This document shows positions 37,866 through 47,635 of a stretch of 64,000 nt of DNA, in pieces. This DNA comes from an uncultured Gammaproteobacteria bacterium (GTDB taxonomy: Bacteria; Pseudomonadota; Gammaproteobacteria; Pseudomonadales; Pseudohongiellaceae). Positions within the stretch are counted from its first letter, which is position 1. Each line of letters opens with the position of its first letter. The position numbers were made by a program, and so were the translations under genes. The notes under the pieces are model-generated. The model had not been told where the DNA came from. It saw only the letters and a list, made by a program, of their open reading frames with translations, and made no database searches. The DNA is taken from positions 4,352-68,351 of the forward strand of contig CAIOZF010000022.1 in the NCBI GenBank assembly GCA_903862645.1, given 5' to 3'.

Positions 37866-38160
37866 TCATACTTTATTGCAGTGCAGGACAACACTCTTCC
37901 AGCCTGTCATCTGCGCAAAAAATTTTTCCTCCAGCAAACTAAAACAGCGCCACAGCGTAATCAAAGCGCCCAGGAATAGATATTACGCGCCAGCCCTCAG
38001 ACCGCGCACGAGCTTGCATCTGGCAAATAGAATGACGACAGCGAACCACGTGATCATTCGAATCGCCTTCGAACACATTTGCTGTAGAATGCCTCGCATC
38101 GGCAAAGCTGCCGCAAGATCCAGCGTCGCCACTTCAACATCAACCTTTGAGGGCCGCACC

Positions 38161-38733
38161 ATGAAAACCAACGTCACGCTGCAACGATTCCGTTCGCTTT
38201 CCGCCACCCTGATCAATGTGATGCCCCGGGCCTGGCGGCCTGCCACCTTACTGAGCGTCCTGCTGCTGTTGGCAGGCTGTGGTGAACCTCCGGCTGAACC
38301 CACCGCAGGCACCGCGGCTGCCGAGGGGCACAGCGCCTACAACACTTCCTTGGATATGCGCGACTTCATGAACCTTATTCTCGACCCTACTGCTGATGTG
38401 CTGTGGGATTCCGCAGGATGGACCGACAGCAGGGAAAGCGGCTACCAGGAACTCTATCCGACATCTGACGAGGGGTGGGATAACGTGCGGCGCCACGCCG
38501 CCATGATCATCGAGATTGGCAACATGCTCGCCCTGCCCGGCCGGGCCGTCGACAATGATGCATGGCTGACCTACGCTCAAGGGCTCAGTCAGGCAGGAGC
38601 ACTCGCGATGGAGGCCGCCGCAATACAGAACAAGGAGGATTTCTTCCAGGCAGGGGCACAACTTTACAGTGTCTGCTCTGCCTGCCATCAGGCCTATAAT
38701 CCCGAAATCACCTCCAAATTCGTGACCAACTAA
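38161..38733 (+). CDS. Cytochrome c'-like (class II layout) c-type cytochrome lipoprotein
   Basis: Start moved to ATG 38161 (MKTNVTLQ..). Lipobox LLLAGC and a single C-terminal CSACH heme motif. It aligns block by block with 5344..5889 (DPTADVLW/ADPIWV; ALPG/QLPG; ..VCSACH/..VCESCH). Confidence 0.6.
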   Translation: MKTNVTLQRFRSLSATLINVMPRAWRPATLLSVLLLLAGCGEPPAEPTAGTAAAEGHSAYNTSLDMRDFMNLILDPTADVLWDSAGWTDSRESGYQELYPTSDEGWDNVRRHAAMIIEIGNMLALPGRAVDNDAWLTYAQGLSQAGALAMEAAAIQNKEDFFQAGAQLYSVCSACHQAYNPEITSKFVTN

Positions 38734-38736
38734 ACA

Positions 38737-39492
38737 ATGCTCCCCCTTCAGTCGAGTTCTGGCCTACATACGACACCCCGCGTCAGGGTCGTGAGATCTG
38801 CGGTGCCGGCGGTGCTGATACTGCTGGCCTCTGTTGTGCTGGCCTCTATTGTGCTGACCACGAATGTTCAAGCCCATACCATTTCGGGCACTGACGCCAA
38901 TTTCGTGCAGGACATCGATGGGCCCGCCGTCCTGCCCTTCCTCTATCTGGGCGCCAAGCACATGGTCACCGGCTATGACCATCTGCTGTTCCTGATCGGG
39001 GTCGTGTTTTTCCTCTATCGCCCGCTGCACGTCGTGCAATACGTCACCCTGTTCGCCGTCGGTCACAGCATCACTTTGCTGGCCGGGATACTCGCCAATC
39101 TGCAGGTAAACGCTTTTCTGATCGATGCCATCATCGGATTGTCGATCGTCTACAAGGCTCTCGAAAATATGGGGGGATTCGACAAACTGGGGAGGTTACG
39201 CCCCAACCCCAAAGCCGCCGTTTTCATATTCGGCCTGTTTCATGGCCTGGGTTTGGCGACCAAACTGCAGGAATTCGAACTGTCCCCCAACGGCCTTGTC
39301 GTCAACATCATCAGCTTCAATGTCGGCGTCGAGATAGGGCAGTGCCTGGCACTGTTTGTCATCTTCATCGCCTTGAGCTACTGGCGCACGTTCGCCAGTT
39401 ATCTGCGGCATGCCTTCATTACCAACACAATCCTGATGAGCGGCGGCTTTCTGCTCGCCGCTTTGCAGCTGACCGCCTGGATAATGAGTTAA
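38737..39492 (+). CDS. HupE/UreJ-family metal permease
   Basis: ..LGAKHMVTGYDHLLFLIGVVFFL.. and ..GLFHGLGLA.. motifs. Signal-like N-terminus with predicted cleavage ..NVQA|HTISG. 3 bp after the cytochrome gene. Confidence 0.75.
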   Translation: MLPLQSSSGLHTTPRVRVVRSAVPAVLILLASVVLASIVLTTNVQAHTISGTDANFVQDIDGPAVLPFLYLGAKHMVTGYDHLLFLIGVVFFLYRPLHVVQYVTLFAVGHSITLLAGILANLQVNAFLIDAIIGLSIVYKALENMGGFDKLGRLRPNPKAAVFIFGLFHGLGLATKLQEFELSPNGLVVNIISFNVGVEIGQCLALFVIFIALSYWRTFASYLRHAFITNTILMSGGFLLAALQLTAWIMS

Positions 39493-39557
39493 ACGACTGA
39501 CTGCCCATTCATTGAGATTACAACTCGCCGGCTGAAGGCCGAACACGGAGATCCGCG

Positions 39558-40142
39558 ATGACAGCACCGACTGAGCCCAGACAACCCCTCACTCCTCCCT
39601 CACGGCAGCAGATTCTGCTTGGCACTGCTGTGGCCGTTGTGTTAGCAGCCTCTTTACTGGTGGCAGTCGTGCTACCTGCGGAATTTGGAATCGACCCGCT
39701 CGGTATTGGCAGGGCCCTGGGACTTCAGGAGCTGGCCGATGCCAGCGCGGGACCATTGGAAGCCCAGACCATGGTCCATCGCTCAGACACCGTCGAATTT
39801 GTGCTGGAGCCATTCCAGTCCCTGGAATACAAGTATCAGCTGGCCGAAGGCAGCAGCATGGTGTATTCCTGGCTGGCGACAGGCGCACTGGTCTATGACA
39901 TGCATGCCGATCCGGACGAAATGGAGGGCGAGGAATTTGTAGAGAGCTTTGACAAGGGAGCAGCCACCAGCAGCATGGGCACCTATCACGCGCCTTTCAC
40001 CGGCATACATGGCTGGTTCTGGGAAAACAGAACCTTTGAACAGGTCGTTCTGCGCCTGCACAGTGCCGGCTTCTACGAAGGCACAATTCTCTTCCGCGAC
40101 GGTGGTGTCTTCGAGCAGTCATTGGCGCCAGTGCTGGACTGA
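39558..40142 (+). CDS. Membrane-anchored hypothetical protein (N-terminal TM plus a domain of about 150 aa)
   Basis: ..LLGTAVAVVLAASLLVAVVL.. is the anchor. The rest has no motif I recognise. It is co-oriented with HupE/UreJ and followed by a terminator. Confidence 0.5.
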   Translation: MTAPTEPRQPLTPPSRQQILLGTAVAVVLAASLLVAVVLPAEFGIDPLGIGRALGLQELADASAGPLEAQTMVHRSDTVEFVLEPFQSLEYKYQLAEGSSMVYSWLATGALVYDMHADPDEMEGEEFVESFDKGAATSSMGTYHAPFTGIHGWFWENRTFEQVVLRLHSAGFYEGTILFRDGGVFEQSLAPVLD

Positions 40143-40176
40143 CAGCCACTGCACACCCCACTCAAGACGGCGCCAT

Positions 40177-40212
40177 AAAAAAGCCCGCATGGCCAAGGCT
40201 ACGCGGGCTTTT
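40177..40212. terminator. Bidirectional Rho-independent terminator between convergent genes
   Basis: AAAAAAGCCCGC-ATGGCCAAGGCTAC-GCGGGCTTTT, with an A-run before and a T-run after a 7-bp GC stem. Confidence 0.75.
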
Positions 40213-40246
40213 GCACATCTGCGGTCAACTGCGACCGGATAGGCTG

Positions 40247-40708
40247 TTATCTGTCAGTAGAATCGGAACCGTCAACAGGAGCACCAGTACCGGAAGAGCC
40301 CATGAACAGCTTGCGTCCGTCCGGGAAGGTTATGTCCCGGCCGTTGCCGCGACATTCCGGCGTGCACAGACGATCCTTGCTCTGATAGCCGGTCACGACA
40401 ATCTCAGTGCCGATCTGCAGGGTGTCACGGTTGATGCCACGGCGCAGCAATGTGTTAGGCGTGCCGCCTTCCACCATCCAGAGCTGCTTGGTGCCATCAT
40501 CGTTGGTGTTTTCCAGGTGAATCCAAGAGTGTGGATTGATCCACTCCACGCGGGTAATCGGTCCGCGCAACGCGATCGGCAGATTAGCATCAAACTCCGC
40601 AGAGAACGCGTGATGAGCTGCGGCAGGCATGCTGACCGCTGCCATTCCACCCGCTACAGTCACTGCTGCCATCATCATCTTGATCTTCATAATTCCACCC
40701 CTTTGCAT
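40247..40708 (-). CDS. Secreted DUF6152-like protein
   Basis: The signal peptide ends ..MPAAA|HHAFSAEFD. The AHHSF-type mature N-terminus and a size of about 130 aa match my memory of DUF6152. The true start may be the internal MKIKMMM at 40690. Confidence 0.5.
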   Translation of the reverse strand: MQRGGIMKIKMMMAAVTVAGGMAAVSMPAAAHHAFSAEFDANLPIALRGPITRVEWINPHSWIHLENTNDDGTKQLWMVEGGTPNTLLRRGINRDTLQIGTEIVVTGYQSKDRLCTPECRGNGRDITFPDGRKLFMGSSGTGAPVDGSDSTDR

Positions 40709-40727
40709 TAACTGAATTGTCTTTTTA

Positions 40728-41633
40728 TCAACCGTCTACATCCTGCCCGAAAAGCTCAGCTTCGCGTCCCTTCCTGTACTTTCCGTACATTAACTCTTCG
40801 ACAAACTCTACACACTTGAATTGCGGTAACTCGAAGCCTTCTTCAAGTCTTCTGTAGATCGGCATACTGATCGTCCAGGGACGCTCGAATACATCCGGAT
40901 CCTCCATCGTCGCTTCATACTCGATGACATTCTCGCTGACCAAGGTATAACGTTCGGTCACTTTCAGCTTGTAGGTATGATAGTTGCCAGCCCTGTCGAA
41001 CCAGGTTCTGTCATCCAGACCAGTGACCTCGATAACGAAGGTGTCGCCGTCCCAATAGCCATAGGACTGCCCCATCCACGCATCCAGGGGCGGAACACCG
41101 GGGTCTTCAAGATAGATATTACGTACGGCACCCGCGAACGAATAGGCAATAAACACAGCCTTGTCACTCTGGAAAATCTGAAACGGATGGGGGAGGTAAG
41201 TCGCGCGCGGGACACCCGGCATATAGCATTTGATTTCCGGGTCGCTGGTCAGCCAACTCTCCTGATTAGCCAAGCGCTGCGCCAATGCCTCCGGCCTGTA
41301 GGGAATCACCCCTCCTTCCACGACGCCAAAACTTGCAGGCACTGCAGCGACTGCGCCGAGTGCTAAAACCTCCGGTGCCGGCACGGGCACAAAATCACCC
41401 GGTACCATAGCAAAAGCTGCTCTGGCTGGTCCCGCCTCAAGATTGTTGTTCGCTGAACTCAACACCTGCCAGATCCCATTCAGGTCCGGCTTGCCATCCG
41501 GGGTTCTAGGGATGCTGTCTAGCGGTGCTGCGACCGGCACTGCAGCTGTCTGGGTATCTGCCGGTGAGCAGGCCACCAGCGAAACGAGAACAACGGCACA
41601 CACGTACTTGAACGTCAATCTATGAGCGGACAT
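40728..41633 (-). CDS. Hypothetical lipoprotein (301 aa)
   Basis: ATG at 41633 lies 9 nt after GGAGG. Lipobox LVSLVACS and a ..DGKPDLNGIWQV.. motif. 19 bp upstream of the DUF6152-like gene. Confidence 0.6.
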   Translation of the reverse strand: MSAHRLTFKYVCAVVLVSLVACSPADTQTAAVPVAAPLDSIPRTPDGKPDLNGIWQVLSSANNNLEAGPARAAFAMVPGDFVPVPAPEVLALGAVAAVPASFGVVEGGVIPYRPEALAQRLANQESWLTSDPEIKCYMPGVPRATYLPHPFQIFQSDKAVFIAYSFAGAVRNIYLEDPGVPPLDAWMGQSYGYWDGDTFVIEVTGLDDRTWFDRAGNYHTYKLKVTERYTLVSENVIEYEATMEDPDVFERPWTISMPIYRRLEEGFELPQFKCVEFVEELMYGKYRKGREAELFGQDVDG

Positions 41634-41967
41634 GCTTCGGTACCTCCTCTTTTAGTCGGCCGATATAAACACTTCGCCGTCTGTAGTGTCAAGCCACACG
41701 GAGCGGCCAGCACAATGGAGAATCCTGGGAATGCAAAGACACCAAGGCAGATCAAGACAAGCACTCAGAGCCTGCGCGGGTGGCGTTTTTGCCCCGCGGG
41801 TTCGCCTCCAATTCGGAGGCACACGCTCATGAGTCGCTATGGCATTACCTGGTTAAAGCTGTCTATCGATGGCGATGAACGTTACGTCAAGTTATCGAAG
41901 GGCAGGCACGAGCGTATTAAGACGTGCTGTTTTTTCCGTTAGGTGCCGGGAGAATAGGAAGCCACGA

Positions 41968-42339
41968 TCAGCCGGATTTCTTGGCTGTAAAAGTGCCGGT
42001 GGCCATGCCGCCGAGGTCTACGGTGCCGGAGATGGTGCCGTCATCCTGCAGTGTTCCCTTGTAAACGACAGAGCCGGCTTCACCGGTCAGCGTGAACTGG
42101 AGGTCATCGTCTGTCGCCGTGCCGGTAAAGTCAGTGTCACCGAGCTGGCCAGTGTAGTGACCGGTCACTGCGCCATCATTGCCCTGTGCCATAGTCACAG
42201 CGGCATTGCCCGTTTGCCCCATGATATCAACGGCGAAGGCCCAGCTTCCGCTGACATCCGCAGCGGCAAACTGGGCGCCGAGAGTTAAGACGGCAGCAAT
42301 TGTGAGACGTGAAATTCTAGAGATTGTGTTTCTGAGCAT
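41968..42339 (-). CDS. Small secreted Gly/Thr-rich hypothetical protein
   Basis: Signal peptide ..LGAQFAAA|DVSGSW, followed by about 95 aa of beta-strand-like G/T-rich sequence. Confidence 0.5.
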   Translation of the reverse strand: MLRNTISRISRLTIAAVLTLGAQFAAADVSGSWAFAVDIMGQTGNAAVTMAQGNDGAVTGHYTGQLGDTDFTGTATDDDLQFTLTGEAGSVVYKGTLQDDGTISGTVDLGGMATGTFTAKKSG

Positions 42340-42476
42340 GGTGGAAAACCCCCAGGTTACGTGGTTGATAATGCGGGAATAAAAGTAACATGCCAGCCAT
42401 CAAAGCTACCAGCAAAATCCAGAGTCGACTGCCCTCGCAATGCATCTATCTATCGAATAGGCCTTCGCTCTGCTTG

Positions 42477-43202
42477 TCAGCGTGGCGGATCAGTGCGCGC
42501 GTGACGAGTCTGGTTGACCCGGAACCAGCCAGCAATGCTGAAGCGATCACGCTGGGCAGGTAGCACTTCATGGGGAACCTCCTCACTAAGAAAGATCACT
42601 AGAGTCCCAATTGTCGGCAGCACCTTACCCAACTCGGATTGACCGTCGGCAGCATAGAGCACCAGCTCCCCGCCATACTCAGGCAGCCAATCCACATTGA
42701 AGTAGGCTACCAACGACAGCAAACGGTTACTGCTCTCTTTGTTCGCCTCACGCAGTCCCGGTTGCGCCTTGAATGCATCCACATGTTTGCGATAGAAAGC
42801 TCCCGGACGGTAATGCGAAAAGTGGCTCTCGAAGGAGACCAGACCAAGGTATAAGCGCCTGTTCAGATAGGACTGCAGACGATCAGACCAATCCAACCAC
42901 TGTTTCTCCGCCGCCGTTACACGCTCAATCCAGCGGATCTCGTCGCCACGGATAATCTCCGCGATGACATGTCCGGCGCCACGTCCAATCCCGGCCGGAG
43001 TGAAATCGGCGGTACCAGTCTCCAGAAATTGTTGACCCAATGCAGCACCGAGTCTTGCGGGAATGGCATTGGGGATCACACTCCAGGATTGGGTGGCCAG
43101 GTCTTCGGCGATACGGGAAAACAAGGCGGCTTCGTCTTTCGCCCAGCCTGTTTCTGCTATGGAGTCGGTTGCGCCTGATGCCGCTTCAATATCCAGAGAC
43201 AT
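42477..43202 (-). CDS. 2OG-Fe(II) oxygenase (prolyl-hydroxylase-like)
   Basis: ..YRKHVDAF.. gives the HxD, ..EVPHEVLP.. the distal His, and ..RFSIAGWF.. the 2OG-binding Arg. Confidence 0.8.
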   Translation of the reverse strand: MSLDIEAASGATDSIAETGWAKDEAALFSRIAEDLATQSWSVIPNAIPARLGAALGQQFLETGTADFTPAGIGRGAGHVIAEIIRGDEIRWIERVTAAEKQWLDWSDRLQSYLNRRLYLGLVSFESHFSHYRPGAFYRKHVDAFKAQPGLREANKESSNRLLSLVAYFNVDWLPEYGGELVLYAADGQSELGKVLPTIGTLVIFLSEEVPHEVLPAQRDRFSIAGWFRVNQTRHARTDPPR

Positions 43203-43252
43203 ACTGGTTTCAGCTCCTGCTCAGAAATCCGACTAGGATCGTTGACAACCGA

Positions 43253-43648
43253 TCAGTCTGGTTTCTTCTTGAAAGTACGCGGTTTCTTGAATCCCAGCGG
43301 CGTGCCATTCTTTTTGGTACGAGCACGGCCAGCCGCATCCGCTGCAGGGGCTTCGACCGGAGCCTGTTCTGCAGGCAATTCGCCTTCGGTACCAGGAGCT
43401 CCCACGACAACATCTTGCGCCTTCTTGACGCGAATGCGGCTGCCCCGCACTTCCAGATTATTGAGGGCGCGAATGGCGGCCTTGGCTTCATAGGGCACGG
43501 GCATGTTGGCAAAACCAAAACCCTTGGAACCTCCCGTCACAGAATCCATGACGACGGCGCAGGACTGCACGCGGCCATGCGCCTGAAACAAGGCAAGAAG
43601 CTCGGCCTGGGTCGTTTCCCGTGCCAGATTGCGGACTAAGATTTTCAA
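43253..43648 (-). CDS. RRM-type RNA-binding protein with a basic C-terminal tail
   Basis: I place the start at TTG 43648, 6 nt after GAGGA, giving (M)KILVRNLARETT.. (RNP2) and ..KGFGFANM.. (RNP1). The track start at 43705 is GTG and adds a non-homologous Pro-rich leader. Confidence 0.8.
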   Translation of the reverse strand: MKILVRNLARETTQAELLALFQAHGRVQSCAVVMDSVTGGSKGFGFANMPVPYEAKAAIRALNNLEVRGSRIRVKKAQDVVVGAPGTEGELPAEQAPVEAPAADAAGRARTKKNGTPLGFKKPRTFKKKPD

Positions 43649-43880
43649 CGCTGTTCCTCGAAAGACTGCTGCAGGATACCGACAAGAGGTCGGTGGCGGC
43701 GGCACGATACTGTAAATGTGGCCGTGAGTCTAACAAGGCGCCGGGAAATAAGCAGTAGTCGCCTGAGCGCGCCTCCTTTATAATGCGCCGCGCCTGCAAT
43801 CGACGATCATCAAGACAGTCAGCCGCAATTCCGCAATGACTCTCACCCGCAACACTCATCTGTAAAGAACGGACAATACT

Positions 43881-45488
43881 TTGATTACTGCCTCCAATAT
43901 CACCATCCAGTTTGGTGCCAAGCCTCTTTTCGAGAATGTTTCCCTGCGTTTCGGCAACGGCAACCGTTACGGTCTGATTGGCGCCAATGGCTCCGGCAAG
44001 TCGACTTTCATGAAGATCCTGAGTGGCGAGATTCAGCCATCCGCTGGCAACGTTAACGTGGATGCCGATGAGCGCTTGGGCATTCTGCGCCAGAATCAGT
44101 TCGCCTATGAAGACTTCACGGCGATCGACACAGTGATAATGGGCCATGACAAGCTGTGGAAGATCAAGGAGGCGAAAGACCGCATCTACAATCTCCCGGA
44201 GATGAGCGAAGACGACGGTATGCGCGTAGCCGAGCTGGAGATCGAGTTCGCCGAACTGGATGGCTACTCCGCCGAGGCCAACGCCAGCGAGCTGCTGCTG
44301 GGCCTGGGTATTCCTCTGGAACAGCATTACGGCCCCATGAGCGCCATCGCGCCGGGCTGGAAACTGCGCGTGCTGCTGGCACAAGCTCTGTTCGCCGATC
44401 CGGACATCATGCTGCTGGATGAACCGACGAACAACCTCGACATTAACGCGATCCGCTGGCTGGAAGGCATTCTCAATCAGCGCGACTGCACCATGATCAT
44501 CATCTCCCACGACCGTCACTTCCTGAACAGCGTGTGTACGCACATGGTTGATGTGGACTACGGCGAGCTGCGCCTGTACCCCGGCACCTACGATGACTTC
44601 ATGATCGCCTCGACCCAGGCGCGCGAACGCATTCAGTCCGACAACGCCAAGAAGAAGACGCAGATTTCCGAACTGCAGTCGTTCGTGAGCCGCTTCTCCG
44701 CAAACGCCTCCAAGGCCAAGCAGGCGACCTCACGAGCCAGACAGATCGAGAAGATCAAGCTGGAAGACCTCAAGCCTTCGAGCCGCATCAGCCCCTTCAT
44801 CCGCTTCGAACAGGACAAGAAGCTGCACCGCCTTGCGCTGGAAATCCACAAGCTGAGTCTGTCTTACGGTGACAACACCTTGATCAAGAATCTCAGCCTG
44901 ATGATCGAAGTCGGCGAGCGTGTTGCCATCCTCGGGCCGAACGGTATCGGCAAGACCACTTTGCTGCAGGCACTGACGGGTAATTTCAGCAAGAAGCCTG
45001 GCGAGACGCTGGCGGGCCAGATCAAATGGTCTGAAAACTCCAACATCGGCTATTACGCTCAGGACCATAACCACGAATTCGCGGATGACATCAATCTGTT
45101 CGACTGGATGAGCCAGTGGGCCAGGCCGGGCGATGATGAACAGGTGATTCGCGGTATTCTGGGCAAGATGCTGTTTTCCAAGGATGACAGTCTCAAGAAG
45201 GTCAAAGTCATCTCCGGCGGAGAAAAAGGCCGTATGCTGTTCGGCAAGATGATGTTGCAAAAATCCAACATCATGGTGATGGACGAGCCGACCAACCACC
45301 TGGACATGGAATCCATCGAAGGACTCAACCTCGCGCTGGAGAACTACCCTGGCACCCTGATCTTCGTCTCCCATGACCGCGAGTTTGTGTCGTCTCTGGC
45401 GACACGCATTCTGGAAATTTCGGCAAACGACATCGCCGACTTCAAGGGCGACTACGACGAGTATCTGCATCAGCAAGGAGTGGAATGA
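43881..45488 (+). CDS. ybiT: ABC-F family ATPase
   Basis: TTG start. It is near-colinear with E. coli YbiT from ..[42 protein letters not shown].. to ..[20 protein letters not shown].. Confidence 0.9.
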   Translation: MITASNITIQFGAKPLFENVSLRFGNGNRYGLIGANGSGKSTFMKILSGEIQPSAGNVNVDADERLGILRQNQFAYEDFTAIDTVIMGHDKLWKIKEAKDRIYNLPEMSEDDGMRVAELEIEFAELDGYSAEANASELLLGLGIPLEQHYGPMSAIAPGWKLRVLLAQALFADPDIMLLDEPTNNLDINAIRWLEGILNQRDCTMIIISHDRHFLNSVCTHMVDVDYGELRLYPGTYDDFMIASTQARERIQSDNAKKKTQISELQSFVSRFSANASKAKQATSRARQIEKIKLEDLKPSSRISPFIRFEQDKKLHRLALEIHKLSLSYGDNTLIKNLSLMIEVGERVAILGPNGIGKTTLLQALTGNFSKKPGETLAGQIKWSENSNIGYYAQDHNHEFADDINLFDWMSQWARPGDDEQVIRGILGKMLFSKDDSLKKVKVISGGEKGRMLFGKMMLQKSNIMVMDEPTNHLDMESIEGLNLALENYPGTLIFVSHDREFVSSLATRILEISANDIADFKGDYDEYLHQQGVE

Positions 45489-46945
45489 GCGAGTCTCACG
45501 TGACTGATGCCTTCACCATACTGAATCTGCCTTCCGAGCAGATCGACAACCTCACTGCACTGGGTTACACCACCATGACCCCAGTGCAGGCGCAGGCACT
45601 GCCGATCGCCCTGCACGGTGGCGATCTGATCGTTCAGGCCCGCACCGGCAGCGGCAAGACTGCCGCCTTCGGCATCGCTTTGATCAACCGCATTAACCAG
45701 CGTGACTTCGGCACCCAGGCCCTGATCCTGTGCCCTACCCGCGAACTGGCAACTCAGGTCGCCGCCGAGATTCGACGGCTCGCGCGCTACCTGCCCAATC
45801 TTAAAGTGGTGGTGTTGTGCGGTGGGCAGGCTTTCGGGCCGCAGGTTGGCTCGCTCGAACACGGTGCCCACATCGTCATCGGTACTCCCGGCCGTCTGCG
45901 CGATCACATCGAGAAGCAGACCCTGAATCTGAGCCGAGTCAACACTCTCGTGCTGGACGAGGCGGACCGCATGCTCGACATGGGCTTCTCAGAAGACATC
46001 GAACTGATCATTGACCAGACGCCACCGACCCGGCAAACACTGCTGTTCTCGGCCACATTCCCGCACGATATCGAGAGACTGAGTTCGCGCTACCAGAAGG
46101 CCGCCGGGCGCATCACCATCGAAGAAGGCCACGGCGCTGCCAGTATTGCTCAGCATTATTACAGCGGCGGTGCCACTGAGGCAGGCGATAGTCGCTATGC
46201 CGCCGTGTTGCGCCTGTTGCTGCATTTCAAACCAGAATCCTGCCTGGTGTTTTGCAACACCAAACAGGCTACTCGTGAGGCCGCTCGCTATCTCGTGCAC
46301 GCGGGCCTGAGCGCCATGCCACTGCACGGCGACATGGAGCAGCGTGAGCGCGATCAGGTACTGATCCAGTTCCGTCATCAGAGCTGTCAGATACTGGTCG
46401 CCACCGATGTCGCCGCACGCGGTCTGGACATCGAACAACTGCCAATGGTCATCAACTGCGAATTGCCGCGTGACCTCGAAGTCTACACACATCGCATCGG
46501 GCGCACTGGACGCGCAGGCAACACCGGCATGTCACTGAGCATCTTTTTCGAGAACGAAAGGTTCAGAGTGGACGCGCTGCGGGAACGCCAGGAGCAGCCG
46601 TCGGATTCCGACATCCAGAGCATTGCGGTGGTGCCACAGGAGCGCGGCAAGCCGGCTCCTCCGATATGGCAAACTCTGAGCATTGCCGGTGGGCGCAAGA
46701 ACAAGATTCGTCCCGGTGACGTACTGGGAGCGCTGACCGCTGGTGGGGCCATTCCAGCCGCGGCGATCGGCCGAATCGACATTCTCGATCACGCCAGTTA
46801 TGTGGCCATTGGCACCAACCTCGTCAAGGACGCGCTTGAGCAACTCGCCACTCGCCCCATCAAGGGGCAGAAGTTCAAGGTACGGCGCTGCTCGATGCAT
46901 GTGGATGCCGGAACGGAAGAGCCTGGCTCGCCCTGGAAGCGTTGA
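45485..46945 (+). CDS. dbpA: ATP-dependent RNA helicase DbpA
   Basis: DEAD-box motifs (..[11 protein letters not shown].., [16 protein letters not shown]) plus the DbpA-specific C-terminal RNA-binding domain ..[17 protein letters not shown].. Confidence 0.85.
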   Translation: MSESHVTDAFTILNLPSEQIDNLTALGYTTMTPVQAQALPIALHGGDLIVQARTGSGKTAAFGIALINRINQRDFGTQALILCPTRELATQVAAEIRRLARYLPNLKVVVLCGGQAFGPQVGSLEHGAHIVIGTPGRLRDHIEKQTLNLSRVNTLVLDEADRMLDMGFSEDIELIIDQTPPTRQTLLFSATFPHDIERLSSRYQKAAGRITIEEGHGAASIAQHYYSGGATEAGDSRYAAVLRLLLHFKPESCLVFCNTKQATREAARYLVHAGLSAMPLHGDMEQRERDQVLIQFRHQSCQILVATDVAARGLDIEQLPMVINCELPRDLEVYTHRIGRTGRAGNTGMSLSIFFENERFRVDALRERQEQPSDSDIQSIAVVPQERGKPAPPIWQTLSIAGGRKNKIRPGDVLGALTAGGAIPAAAIGRIDILDHASYVAIGTNLVKDALEQLATRPIKGQKFKVRRCSMHVDAGTEEPGSPWKR

Positions 46946-46960
46946 GCGAGGATTATCCGC

Positions 46961-47617
46961 ATGTCGGCCCGAGTGCGTTGTCCACGCTGTCAGCGTCCTG
47001 CCACCCGCTGCTACTGCGCACAATTACCCTCTCACGCGCTACAGAATCACTGGCCCGTCACGATTCTGCAGCACCCTCAGGAAAGCCGCCACGCGCTCGG
47101 CACCGCCCGCATCGCGCAACTGGGGCTGAGCGCTTGCAACCTGCTGGACGCCACCACTGACAGCATTGCAGAGGATCTTGCCGGGCAGCGCGTTGCGCTG
47201 ATTTATCCCGGCGTCGACAGTCAGCCGCTGGCCGTTCTGCATGACCAGCCCCCGCATCGACTGTTGTTTATCGATGCCACCTGGCGCAAGAGCCGTCGCC
47301 TGCTGCTGGAGTCACCCTTTCTGAGCGCTCTGCCGCGCTACCATCTGGAGGCGCTTCCGCCCAGCCGCTACCGCATTCGCAAAGAACCTCGCAGCGACGC
47401 ACTCTCGACATTGGAGGCCGTTGTCTATGCACTGGGATGTGTGGAAAGAATGCCGGACAGATACCTGCCGCTGCTTCGAGTCATGGATTGGTTGATTGAA
47501 GAGCAGATTGAGGCAATGGGGGCGGACACTTTTACAAAGAACTATTTTGCAAGGAACCGTTTTGCGAGGAACAATTTACCAGCCGATGACCGGTTCGACC
47601 CCACGCGCCACGAATGA
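46961..47617 (+). CDS. tapT: DTW-domain tRNA-uridine aminocarboxypropyltransferase
   Basis: N-terminal CPRCQRPATRCYC Cys cluster and the ..LFIDATWRKSRRLL.. DTW motif. Confidence 0.85.
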   Translation: MSARVRCPRCQRPATRCYCAQLPSHALQNHWPVTILQHPQESRHALGTARIAQLGLSACNLLDATTDSIAEDLAGQRVALIYPGVDSQPLAVLHDQPPHRLLFIDATWRKSRRLLLESPFLSALPRYHLEALPPSRYRIRKEPRSDALSTLEAVVYALGCVERMPDRYLPLLRVMDWLIEEQIEAMGADTFTKNYFARNRFARNNLPADDRFDPTRHE

Positions 47618-47635
47618 ACGCGTTAGTCGTCCAGC

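Noticed and set aside
43649-43880. Both divergent genes (RRM protein and ybiT) seem to use TTG starts, considered as a regulatory oddity
   Set aside because: The TTG assignments come only from homology-guided N-terminus placement, and 48038..48865 also appears to start at TTG. Without proteomic or Ribo-seq data this is not a robust signal.
47543-47578. Short in-frame tandem repeats inside coding regions (TTTGC(A/G)AGGAAC x2 in the DTW gene tail; GCTATCGCAGCG x2 at 9478..9501 in pycA; CTGGCCTCT(G/A)TTGTG x2 at 38825..38854 in hupE/ureJ)
   Set aside because: Each has only two copies and encodes low-complexity or TM segments at protein termini. This is ordinary slippage-scale variation with no evidence of function.
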